This document shows, one piece after another, positions 49,161-57,526 of a stretch of 64,000 nt of DNA (position 1 is its first letter; every line of letters starts with the position of its first letter). The DNA lies in the IMG/VR virus record IMGVR_UViG_3300025000_000056; one strand, written 5' to 3'. The notes under the pieces were generated by a model that was given only the letters and a program-made list of their open reading frames with translations, was not told the origin of the DNA and searched no databases. A program made the position numbers and the translations under genes. This DNA is from a virus (taxonomy: Duplodnaviria; Heunggongvirae; Uroviricota; Caudoviricetes).

Positions 49161-49830
49161 GTCTTATCTATTATGTGAAAGGAGGTGGTGTTGGCCCGTA
49201 GTTAGGTATCACACATGACATGAGGGGAGGTGAGGCATATTGCTTGACACCGGTGATCCTTAGTCTAGCGGTCATGTGTTCTAGATTTTAATCGTAGTTT
49301 AAGTGTTATAAGGGAAGATGTCATCATGTGCTGCTAGACGAAAGGACTATTAGTCGTAGAGGCTATAGTTTAATGCCCATCCTACCAAGGGATGAGCGTG
49401 ATAGGTTTTAATGCCTATCGGTCTACCGGTCCTATGTGGACTGGATTGAGGACCAGTTATGAGATGGCCCTTGAACTCGGCCCATAGAGGCTGGAGGTGG
49501 CCAGGTGCGTGTCTTCTCCGAAAGGGGAACAGACATGTTAATCTGGAGTTTATTAATCCTATATCCGTTGATGGCTCAGGAAGCCTTCCACATGCTAATG
49601 GATGACCTATTAGTAAGTGAGTCAGTGATGCTGGCTGTATTTAATTACAATCACTTCTACTATGAGGTCAATACCTTACAGTGGATAGGCGAATTCATGA
49701 GCCGGAGGACTGTTGCGCTCTTATCATCAATGGGGCGTAGTCTGACTACTGGTTGGTGAACTTCAAGTCGGAGGGTTACCCTTGTCACTGATTAAGACTA
49801 GTGACTATTGAACTACTGTCGAGAAAGGAA
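49140..49830 (+). ncRNA. Candidate large structured non-coding RNA
   Basis: About 690 nt with no convincing ORF; many short stems, a GAAA tetraloop hairpin, crossing 9-bp helices, repeated strong SD motifs. Confidence 0.4.
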
Positions 49831-49840
49831 GTGAACTTTT

Positions 49841-50008
49841 ATGTCTAAGAAACTTATGATTATTGGCCAAGTTAAACAGGGTGTTATCACGTATGGCAAG
49901 ATTGTCTCTAAACTGCGTCCAGTTGTTGCTGAACCAGCTATTTGGGAAGATGAAGATTCTAAAATCATGCAGCGTATTATCGAACGCAATCACAAAGCTA
50001 ATCGTTAA
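49841..50008 (+). CDS. 55-aa protein (below track cut-off)
   Basis: AAAGGAAGTG RBS, MSKKLMIIGQVKQGVITYGKIVSKLRPVVAEPAIWEDEDSKIMQRIIERNHKANR. Confidence 0.6.
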   Translation: MSKKLMIIGQVKQGVITYGKIVSKLRPVVAEPAIWEDEDSKIMQRIIERNHKANR

Positions 50009-50063
50009 TCATGACTAGTAAGACCTGACCTATCATGGCAGGCATAGTATAAAGGAGACTATT

Positions 50064-51176
50064 ATGACAAACTTATTAAACGTAAACAACACCGGTATCA
50101 CAACTCCAGTATCCGACACATTGAGTGCTAGTGTCAAAGTAGTTACTAACACTGTTGGTCACATTGGTAATACACTGTCTGGTGTTCTTGCTTCTTTAAC
50201 TAAGGCAGACGGTGCTGGTGCTATTGATTGTGTTGGTGCCCTGCTGATCAACGTTACTACAGAGACTGTCATTGGCGTATCGACCATAGCACATAGTGTG
50301 CAAGACAACTGGGCATCACCGGTCGTGAATATGGTTACCACTAAGTTTGCGCCTATGGCACCGGTGACTATCACACCTAATACTGAAGCTATCAGTGTCA
50401 ATGGTATTACACCTGAGATGCAGGCCGTTATTGATGCTAGTGTTAATAAGATCCTGGCCGATAGCAAGAACAGTGCTGCTCCTAGTAAACCAATCACAGT
50501 ACACCCCAAAGTGACGGCAACTGCTAAACAAGATGTACAGTTCATGTCTCACAAGAAAGTGCGTACTGCTGATGTCATTCATGAGAGTGTCAACTTTAAA
50601 GCTGAAGGTATTGTGTTGACAGTAGAGTTTATTGGTGCTGATCTCGCACTTGTATCACCTAAGGGTAAGAACAAAGTAACGAAAGAATCACTGATTACTA
50701 GATTAGCTAAGTACGCTGGTCCTGGTGTCACACGTACTGTTACTGCTATCAAGGCCTTAGCGCCTGACACTAAGATCGCTCCTAAGCCTGTAGTAACAGA
50801 GACCAAGCCTGAGATTAACGCACCAAGTGATGGTCCTGTCTGCGGTAGCTGTGGTTGCTCTTTAATAGGTAAGAAGGTTGTTATCAAGAACAAAGTTAAA
50901 CTCTGCCCTGATTGTGTCGGTGGAGGTACGCCTGCCGCGAGCGTAGCGAGCGGAACCCCTGATGATATTGATCCTAATGTTGCTGATGCTCCTGTTGATG
51001 AGCCTGCTAATGATGAAGCACAAGAAGGAGCAGCGCAAGCTGCTCCTGAACTCACACCACAACAGAAAGCTGCTGCTACTCGTGCTCGTAATAAGGCTGC
51101 CAAAGAAGCCCTTGTAAATCAAGCACCTGAGAGCACGGTCGTTACGGAATTCCAAGAAGAGGACACCTTGGTCTAA
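50064..51176 (+). CDS. Thr/Val/Ala-rich protein with zinc ribbon and basic AAATRARNKAA tail
   Basis: 370 aa, AAGGAG RBS; CGSC..CPDC; acidic linker then TPQQKAAATRARNKAAKE. Confidence 0.8.
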   Translation: MTNLLNVNNTGITTPVSDTLSASVKVVTNTVGHIGNTLSGVLASLTKADGAGAIDCVGALLINVTTETVIGVSTIAHSVQDNWASPVVNMVTTKFAPMAPVTITPNTEAISVNGITPEMQAVIDASVNKILADSKNSAAPSKPITVHPKVTATAKQDVQFMSHKKVRTADVIHESVNFKAEGIVLTVEFIGADLALVSPKGKNKVTKESLITRLAKYAGPGVTRTVTAIKALAPDTKIAPKPVVTETKPEINAPSDGPVCGSCGCSLIGKKVVIKNKVKLCPDCVGGGTPAASVASGTPDDIDPNVADAPVDEPANDEAQEGAAQAAPELTPQQKAAATRARNKAAKEALVNQAPESTVVTEFQEEDTLV

Positions 51177-51179
51177 GCC

Positions 51180-51780
51180 ATTCCCCGCCTTACGGCTAAA
51201 CATAAGAAATCCATTTCATGCCTCGTCATAAATCCAGCCTATGGTCAAGCCTCAGAAATCCAAAACATCGGTGTCACGGCCCTAGGGAAAACAGAGCAAA
51301 TCTTGAGTGCTTTAAGTTAACTGCCTAGATTCGTAACACTGCCTAGCGCCAGCCATAGGCTGGCGCTATGACCAGCCCAAATAAGGCCCATTAGATTCAC
51401 AGTGTTTGTTATTGTTTAGTGATTGATTAGTATCCCGTAACAATGCTTTATAACTAGATTGCCGTATGATCAGTAGTATATGCCTTGTTTTGATGCTCTA
51501 GAGTCGCTGTAATTGCGCTCTTTCTCTAATTGCCCAGCCCCTGGAGAAGCCCAACGATAGCCTAAAGGGTAATAAACGGGTCATACGGTGTTACAAATAC
51601 ATGGTGAATTACCGTTACACATACGTACTCATACAAGCCCGCAGTCCAGAGCCCATACGGTGTGTAGGTATATCTAAGCTTCGCAAGATATACCTACACA
51701 CCTAACATTAATAGTCTATATGAGTAGATATTAGGTTCAGGGTATATACTAACTATATATTACATTATGTAATTAAGGAG
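51180..51780. other. 600-bp non-coding region with short direct repeats and hairpins (possible origin/regulatory hub)
   Basis: AAATCC x3, CTGCCTAG x2, CATACGGTGT x2; hairpins at 51344-51368 and 51659-51702. Confidence 0.4.
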
Positions 51781-51788
51781 GTGAATTA

Positions 51789-51962
51789 ATGGATCGTTAT
51801 TATTATAAGGATGGTCGTATCTATGATCGGTCTGAGATGTGTGGTACTGAGCATATCTGTATTGCTGCTAATGTTGAGAAGTGGCGTGCTAAGATCATTG
51901 TACGTGAAATGAATCAAGGATTACCTTATCGTCCTGATATTAGTTATAAGGAGCGTGATTAA
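51789..51962 (+). CDS. 57-aa protein (below track cut-off)
   Basis: AAGGAGGTGA RBS, MDRYYYKDGRIYDRSEMCGTEHICIAANVEKWRAK... Confidence 0.7.
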   Translation: MDRYYYKDGRIYDRSEMCGTEHICIAANVEKWRAKIIVREMNQGLPYRPDISYKERD

Positions 51963-51967
51963 TTACT

Positions 51968-52312
51968 ATGAAGGTTCGTAAGCCTAGAGGTACTAAGTTA
52001 GATGGTTATCGATCTGAAGATATGTGTAAGCATTGTTGTTCTTTAGGTTGTGATCCAATGTCTATGAGTCCTAAGTTTAAACAAATGGTTCGTTATCGTA
52101 GAGATAATAATCTATGTCAAGCTTGTGGTGCTAATCCCTGTATCTGTAAGTCTAGTTTAGAAACTAAACCTCAATTACCTATTTGTGATGTTTGTGGTGA
52201 ATACATCTTAGGACGTGCTCACTATATGTTTAAATGTTATAAGAACGGTGTTAAATATACTGACACCAGTATCTTAGTTCATACTAAATGTATTAATGAA
52301 GGGAGTGTTTAA
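51968..52312 (+). CDS. Cys-rich hypothetical protein
   Basis: 114 aa with CKHCCSLGC, CQAC..CIC and CDVC motifs. Confidence 0.75.
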   Translation: MKVRKPRGTKLDGYRSEDMCKHCCSLGCDPMSMSPKFKQMVRYRRDNNLCQACGANPCICKSSLETKPQLPICDVCGEYILGRAHYMFKCYKNGVKYTDTSILVHTKCINEGSV

Positions 52313-52315
52313 GTA

Positions 52316-52660
52316 ATGGATTTATATCTTATATGTCCTAAGTGTTATCATATCATTGGTGATTATGTTTTTAAGGGTCCTGATTTCTTCTATACTACTC
52401 ATACTTGTTCTAACTGTGGTACTGTTGATACGATTGCTAAGTTTGTTTGTCTAAAGCTTGAGCCTAGTTTATCTAAGTTCACTATTGGTTTAATGCTTGA
52501 TTCAGATGATGTTATGATGGTTAGTTCTATTGAAGCTACTAATATAACTCATGCTATTGAATTATATGCTACTCAGCACAATTGGAATAATGATCCTTTA
52601 TGGAATCCTAAGCAGAATACTTATCAAGGTAATTGTCTTGTTAGTATTACTATATTATAA
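52316..52660 (+). CDS. Zinc-ribbon hypothetical protein
   Basis: CPKC..CSNC at the N-terminus. Confidence 0.75.
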   Translation: MDLYLICPKCYHIIGDYVFKGPDFFYTTHTCSNCGTVDTIAKFVCLKLEPSLSKFTIGLMLDSDDVMMVSSIEATNITHAIELYATQHNWNNDPLWNPKQNTYQGNCLVSITIL

Positions 52661-52672
52661 GGAGCGTGAGTC

Positions 52673-52987
52673 ATGCTTATTTTATTTCAAGTATCTGCTG
52701 CTATTAGTTTTGGCATGTTAGTTCTTATACTCATGCCTAAGGCTTGGTCTGATTCATTAATGAAGAGATTAGGCTATCGTAAGATTATGTCTCCTATTCA
52801 TAAGAATTGTTATTCTTGTCAATGCCGTATTTGTGTTAGTGATTGTAAGTTAAAGCTTGATGTCGATAGCTATGGTGTCTGTCATTATTGTGAAGATCTA
52901 TTAGATAGCTATGACTCATTAAGTGAAGCTACTTTAGAAATGATTGGTGGTCAATGTAAGGGTTATAAGGGAGGTGATTCAAATTAA
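52673..52987 (+). CDS. Membrane-anchored Cys-rich protein
   Basis: N-terminal TM helix followed by CYSCQCRICVSDC..CHYC. Confidence 0.7.
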   Translation: MLILFQVSAAISFGMLVLILMPKAWSDSLMKRLGYRKIMSPIHKNCYSCQCRICVSDCKLKLDVDSYGVCHYCEDLLDSYDSLSEATLEMIGGQCKGYKGGDSN

Positions 52988-53261
52988 ATACTTTGATGAT
53001 GATCGTGGTTCATGGGGAGAACAAGCTTTGTTAATAGCTAATGTTACCTATGAAGAGAAGTGTGCCTTGATTAAGTTTATTTCTGCTATTGCTAGGAACT
53101 ATGCCTTTAATAGAGAGGCTAATTTACATTGTTTTTATAATGAGCCAAGTAGTTTATATGCCTTGGTTATTATCTCTGGTTTTAATGATATGCGTCAAGC
53201 CATTAAAGACTTTATTGATGGTTATAACCTAGAAGATATACTCATTGATGAGAATTACTAA
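52944..53261 (+). CDS. Hypothetical protein (possible ATT start at 52983)
   Basis: The strong GGAGGTG SD at 52970-52976 sits 6 nt before an in-frame ATT. Confidence 0.6.
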   Translation: MVVNVRVIREVIQIKYFDDDRGSWGEQALLIANVTYEEKCALIKFISAIARNYAFNREANLHCFYNEPSSLYALVIISGFNDMRQAIKDFIDGYNLEDILIDENY

Positions 53262-53272
53262 GAGGTGATTAA

Positions 53273-53521
53273 GTGCGTATCTATGTTGATTCTACTAAGC
53301 GTTCACTCATGATTAGTAATGTTTTTATAGATGAGCAATTGCTTTTTGAGAGGTGGCTCAAGCAGTCTAATGTCTCTAACTTCATGTTTGGTGTTGATTA
53401 TTACTTCTTTATTAATCCGGCAAATGACCGGCGTGCATTAGTTGTATTAACTAATGATCATGACTTTATTATGGCCATTATGTTATGGTGGGATCGTCAC
53501 GATAGAGAGGTGGGTTACTAA
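53273..53521 (+). CDS. Hypothetical protein
   Basis: 82 aa, GAGGTG RBS, GTG start. Confidence 0.7.
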   Translation: MRIYVDSTKRSLMISNVFIDEQLLFERWLKQSNVSNFMFGVDYYFFINPANDRRALVVLTNDHDFIMAIMLWWDRHDREVGY

Positions 53522-53703
53522 TGTTTGATCAGCGTATGAAATGTAATAACCAGGTAGATGACATTTGTCCTGTTGATTGTAATGAATGTAGTGAGTATAA
53601 CATTCCTTGCAATGGTGTGTGTTCTAAGTGCTTAGATTCTACTTGCGAGAATCATAGAGATTATTCAGAGTATGTTCAATTATCATTTGTATTGGAGGTG
53701 TAA
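53521..53703 (+). CDS. 60-aa Cys-rich protein
   Basis: 8 Cys: C..CPVDCNEC..CNGVCSKC..C. Confidence 0.7.
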   Translation: MFDQRMKCNNQVDDICPVDCNECSEYNIPCNGVCSKCLDSTCENHRDYSEYVQLSFVLEV

Positions 53704-53706
53704 TTC

Positions 53707-53802
53707 ATGACTTGGTGCCCTGGGTGTCTTAAATATCACTATGGCTTTACTATTGTTAAGCGTGGACTTTGTTGTTCTAAGTGTGGTCATATATTTAACT
53801 AA
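53707..53802 (+). CDS. 31-aa zinc-ribbon peptide (below track cut-off)
   Basis: GGAGGTG RBS, MTWCPGCLKYHYGFTIVKRGLCCSKCGHIFN. Confidence 0.6.
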   Translation: MTWCPGCLKYHYGFTIVKRGLCCSKCGHIFN

Positions 53803-53907
53803 ATAGGTGTCGAGCAAACCGACACCTAATGGCTCAGAGCCATTAGCCTATTATTCATGGCTTCAGTGAGATGTGCCATAAACATCTCACTATATTAAAT
53901 AAGGAGT

Positions 53908-55089
53908 GTGGGTTTAATGAGTAAATCACCTCGTGGTCAACAAATTCAATGTTCTAAACTAATCAAAGAATGGTTTCCTAAAGAAGATATTTTAGAGTTC
54001 GTATTAGCAGGTTGGGCCGGTACTGGTAAGAGCTTTATGATTGAACACATTATTGATGTGCTTAATTTAAATCCCGATTCTGGTGAGGTAATCTTTGCTA
54101 CATTCATGGGTAAGGCTAGTTTAGTTGTCACTCGTAAGGCTGGTGGTAAATATACCTGTTATACACTACACAAGACATTATATTATGCCAAGAAAGATCC
54201 TCGTAGTGGTAAAGTAACGTTTCACCCTAAAACAGCAGAACACTTTGTTGGTGTTAAATTAATCATCGTTGATGAGGCCAGTATGATTACTAAGGAATTA
54301 CTTAGAATTTTACGTACACTTAAGATTAAGATTTTATTCATCGGTGATCATGGTCAATTGCCACCTATTGGTGAGGCAGACCGTGAAATGTACAATAGAC
54401 TTAAGTATCGTCCAGATTTTGTACTCACTGAAATACAACGCCAGGCTGAAGGTAATCCTATTATTGCATTAGCAACACAGATACGAAATGATGAGAAGAT
54501 TAACATTGGTAAGTATGGTGAAGGTGTATTAATTATACCTAAGTCACAAATCATGAAGTATTCTTCAAGTTTAATTAATGCTGATCAAGTATTATGTGGT
54601 TTAAATGCAACGCGACATAGATATAATGGTAATATTCGTGATTTACTTGGTATTAAGAGTCAAGATCCGGTGAACGGAGATAAACTAATTTGTCTCAGAA
54701 ATAACTGGAATCGTGGTATTGAAGATTATGCCTTGGTCAATGGTATGGTTGGTTTTATTGATAATGTTAAATCAATTAATAAGTATTTCAACTATGACTT
54801 CAGACCTGATTTTCTTAACGATCATGTCAATGTTTATTCTATGCAAGAAGAGATTCACGGTAAGTATGTTGATTATCAATCACTTACTAGACAAGAAAAA
54901 GATATGCTTGATAGTTTTAATTATGGATACGCCATAACGACTCATAAAGCTCAAGGTTCAGAGTGGGATAAGGTATTTGGCATTAATGAGACATTCAAAG
55001 GTAATGAGGCTGGTATACACGGATATAATAAAGAATGGTTATACACTTTATGCACGAGGCCTGCAGAAAAACTCATACTCGCAGTTTAG
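53908..55089 (+). CDS. Dda/RecD-like SF1B helicase
   Basis: GWAGTGKS Walker A, IIVDEASM, FIGDHGQLPPI, LTEIQRQA, GDKLICLRN, YGYAITTHKAQGSEW, LYTLCTRP. Confidence 0.92.
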   Translation: MGLMSKSPRGQQIQCSKLIKEWFPKEDILEFVLAGWAGTGKSFMIEHIIDVLNLNPDSGEVIFATFMGKASLVVTRKAGGKYTCYTLHKTLYYAKKDPRSGKVTFHPKTAEHFVGVKLIIVDEASMITKELLRILRTLKIKILFIGDHGQLPPIGEADREMYNRLKYRPDFVLTEIQRQAEGNPIIALATQIRNDEKINIGKYGEGVLIIPKSQIMKYSSSLINADQVLCGLNATRHRYNGNIRDLLGIKSQDPVNGDKLICLRNNWNRGIEDYALVNGMVGFIDNVKSINKYFNYDFRPDFLNDHVNVYSMQEEIHGKYVDYQSLTRQEKDMLDSFNYGYAITTHKAQGSEWDKVFGINETFKGNEAGIHGYNKEWLYTLCTRPAEKLILAV

Positions 55090-55097
55090 TACTCATC

Positions 55098-55136
55098 GTA
55101 CATACAATGCGTTTCTTTTAAACGCATTGTATGTAC
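55098..55136 (+). other. 17-bp stem-loop before RBS
   Basis: GTACATACAATGCGTTT-CTTTT-AAACGCATTGTATGTAC; no downstream U-tract. Confidence 0.8.
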
Positions 55137-55155
55137 TAATATAAGAGGTGAATTT

Positions 55156-55413
55156 ATGATTTATATTGATCGTTCTGGTATTAAATATATCTTTGGTAAT
55201 CTAACTTATACTGATGTTGATAAACTTTATTATCATATTATTCATGGTTTTAGTATGTGGACAATTGGTGAGATTAGTTATTTCGATGGCCCTAATAGCC
55301 GTGCAATGATGGTGTTTAATATTATTTTTCATAAAATCGAACATGAAGAAGACTTCATTACTTGGTGTTCAGATGTTTTAGGTCAAAAGGTTTATGGAAG
55401 GGAGGAACGTTAA
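55156..55413 (+). CDS. Hypothetical protein
   Basis: 85 aa, GAGGTGA RBS. Confidence 0.7.
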   Translation: MIYIDRSGIKYIFGNLTYTDVDKLYYHIIHGFSMWTIGEISYFDGPNSRAMMVFNIIFHKIEHEEDFITWCSDVLGQKVYGREER

Positions 55414-55803
55414 GTGGCAATTTATTATGCACACTCACTACTTAAGTATGATTCTACTGAAGAATGTATTGAACTCACATTAATTCATGGATGGAAGCAT
55501 TGGTGGAATCGAGTTTATAATCCTAATAATGATACACTTCAGGCTATTGGTAAAGTCTCTGGACAAGAGTGTATGGAAGAATGTTATCGCATTATCCGTA
55601 GTAAACAAATTCATTGTTTAGTCTTTAGTGCTTATAAGGGACATGTTGGTCGTGGTGTTTATGAAGAAATATCAGTAGCTCGCCAATGTGGTAAGGACGT
55701 TTATATTATTGAAGATCGTTGTATTAAACGCTTTGATATGCGTCGTCTTGAATTACTCGAGATTGATTGGAAGATCAAGTATGCCTTAATTAAGAAAGGA
55801 TGA
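55414..55803 (+). CDS. Nucleoside 2-deoxyribosyltransferase/nucleotide hydrolase-like (NDT-fold) protein
   Basis: IYYAHS..VYNPN..CLVFS....VGRGVYEEISVARQCGKDVYII, resembling the NDT/YtoQ G.G...E...A....KPV motif. Confidence 0.55.
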   Translation: MAIYYAHSLLKYDSTEECIELTLIHGWKHWWNRVYNPNNDTLQAIGKVSGQECMEECYRIIRSKQIHCLVFSAYKGHVGRGVYEEISVARQCGKDVYIIEDRCIKRFDMRRLELLEIDWKIKYALIKKG

Positions 55804-56726
55804 TTAATATGCAGATCATTAGTAAGTCCTTACTTGATATTAAAGAAGGTCTTATTGTTCATCAAGTCAACAACAGAGGGGTCATGAGAAGTGGTATTGC
55901 GAAAGACATTCGTGAGGCTTACCCTAAAGCTTATGAGCTCTATATGAAGAGACATCTAAGAAATTTATTAGATATGGGTACCGTCTTTGGTCATTGGGAG
56001 ATTCAAAATAAGTTCTTTGTTGCTAATTTAATTGGTCAAGATGGATATGGTCGTGACGGTAAGCAATACACCAGTTATGAGGCTTTACAAAAGGGTTTTA
56101 TTGAACTTGATAAGTTTGCTCATAATAATAACTTACAAGTTTATATACCTTTTAAAATGGGCTGTGGCCTTGGTGGTGGTGATTGGACTATTGTTAGTCA
56201 TTTAATCGATACGATTATACCAGATGCTATTGTCTGCAAACTCAATAAAGCTATGCCGGTTGATCGCAATCGTTACAATGTCTTAGTTTTATCTGGTCAG
56301 AAAAAGATCTTAGAATGCTCTAGTAAGGGTGATAAACGATTCTCTGCTTTTTATGCACGAGTTAAGGCCTTTGGTATCATGGCTTCAATCGAAGATCACT
56401 ATCAATTGGTTAAGAGATTTCCTGAAGTGCCTCACACATGTCGTGATGCCAAGGGTAAAAAGCCTACTCACATTTGTATTAATAGCCATGACTTACATGC
56501 TGATTATTTAAGTGAGTGGTATGCAAGTTTATGGATTAAGTATTTAGATGAGCATCCTGAACTTGTTAAGTATGCTCAAGAGTTTGATGACTTTCATGAT
56601 ATGTTTCGTGGTAAGTCGGTGAATTGTCAAGCTGATATGATTCGAATTTATGTTAAAGAGGGTAGATCAGCCTTGATTAAACAATGCTCTAGATTATGGA
56701 CTATTATGAGAAATTGGAGGGATTAA
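55800..56726 (+). CDS. Macrodomain (Poa1p-like) fused to a second, putatively NADAR-like domain
   Basis: N-domain SLLD..LIVHQVN..GVMRSGIAKDIREAYP..NLIGQ..YG..YIPFKMGCGLGGGDW; C-domain ILECSSKGDKRFSAFYA..SIEDHYQ..KGK..DDFHDMF..NCQADMI (NADAR-like call is inference). Confidence 0.75.
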   Translation: MINMQIISKSLLDIKEGLIVHQVNNRGVMRSGIAKDIREAYPKAYELYMKRHLRNLLDMGTVFGHWEIQNKFFVANLIGQDGYGRDGKQYTSYEALQKGFIELDKFAHNNNLQVYIPFKMGCGLGGGDWTIVSHLIDTIIPDAIVCKLNKAMPVDRNRYNVLVLSGQKKILECSSKGDKRFSAFYARVKAFGIMASIEDHYQLVKRFPEVPHTCRDAKGKKPTHICINSHDLHADYLSEWYASLWIKYLDEHPELVKYAQEFDDFHDMFRGKSVNCQADMIRIYVKEGRSALIKQCSRLWTIMRNWRD

Positions 56727-56727
56727 G

Positions 56728-57465
56728 ATGGTAAAATTCGGTATTACTGAAAGAGGCGACGCTGGTCTTGATACGAGTTGGGTTCGTAAATTAAGTACGG
56801 TTGATGGTGCCATAATTATTACCAAGGATGCCAGTCAAATTATTGATGAGCTAGTTTTGTATCAGAGGAAACTCATACTTCACTTAACATGTACTGGTTA
56901 TGGTAGTACGATTGTTGAACCGAATGTACCTAACGTTAATGAAACATTAATAACGTATCATCGTTTAATAGAAGCTGGTTTTCCCGTAAAACAAGTTGTA
57001 CTCAGATTAGACCCTATTATACCGACCAAGAAGGGTATTGCTCGTGCTTCTGATGTATTAACTCGCTTTGCACTTGATACATCGAGTAATACTATGATTA
57101 CTCGTGTTAGATATTCTTTCCTAGATATGTATCCACACGTTCGTTCTCGATTTGAACTTGCTGGCTTACCTGATCCTTATTCTGGTTCATTTACTGCATC
57201 AACTTATATGCAAGAACAAGCTATAAGAATGATTAATCTATGGCGTGGTCATTATGAGTTTGAATCTTGTGCTGAAGATACACCCGATAAGCAGGGTTGT
57301 ATTAGTCAACTTGACTATAATATTCTTGGTATCAATGCAGAAGCCTTTGGTAAATCCATTCAGCGATCAAATTGTTTATGTGCCGCCAGTAAAACAGAGT
57401 TATTAGATAATAGAGATCAATGTTTTCATGGTTGCCAATATTGTTACTGGAAAGGAGCTAGATAA
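56728..57465 (+). CDS. DUF1848-like (radical-SAM/SPL-related) protein
   Basis: IIITK..LHLTCTGYG..VEPNVP..VVLRLDPII..SFLDMY..ESCAE..GCI..QRSNCLC..CFHGCQYCYW. Confidence 0.75.
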   Translation: MVKFGITERGDAGLDTSWVRKLSTVDGAIIITKDASQIIDELVLYQRKLILHLTCTGYGSTIVEPNVPNVNETLITYHRLIEAGFPVKQVVLRLDPIIPTKKGIARASDVLTRFALDTSSNTMITRVRYSFLDMYPHVRSRFELAGLPDPYSGSFTASTYMQEQAIRMINLWRGHYEFESCAEDTPDKQGCISQLDYNILGINAEAFGKSIQRSNCLCAASKTELLDNRDQCFHGCQYCYWKGAR

Positions 57466-57526
57466 ATGATTGTTCAGACTCATGAACTGCATTTAACTAA
57501 ATTACTCAGAGTATTAATAGAATGGA

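Noticed and set aside
49255-49365. Hammerhead ribozyme (GAC-GAAA after a helix)
   Set aside because: The required CUGAUGA core upstream of the helix is absent (GGUGAUCCUUA instead).
49505-49759. 84-aa ORF as a real gene
   Set aside because: It has an SD and GTG start but lies over predicted RNA stems and has an atypical Met/Leu/Ser-rich composition; left uncalled rather than excluded.
50159-51203. Minus-strand ORFs of 88-174 aa opposite the 370-aa gene
   Set aside because: Shadows of a biased-codon plus-strand gene; no RBS or plausible transcription unit.
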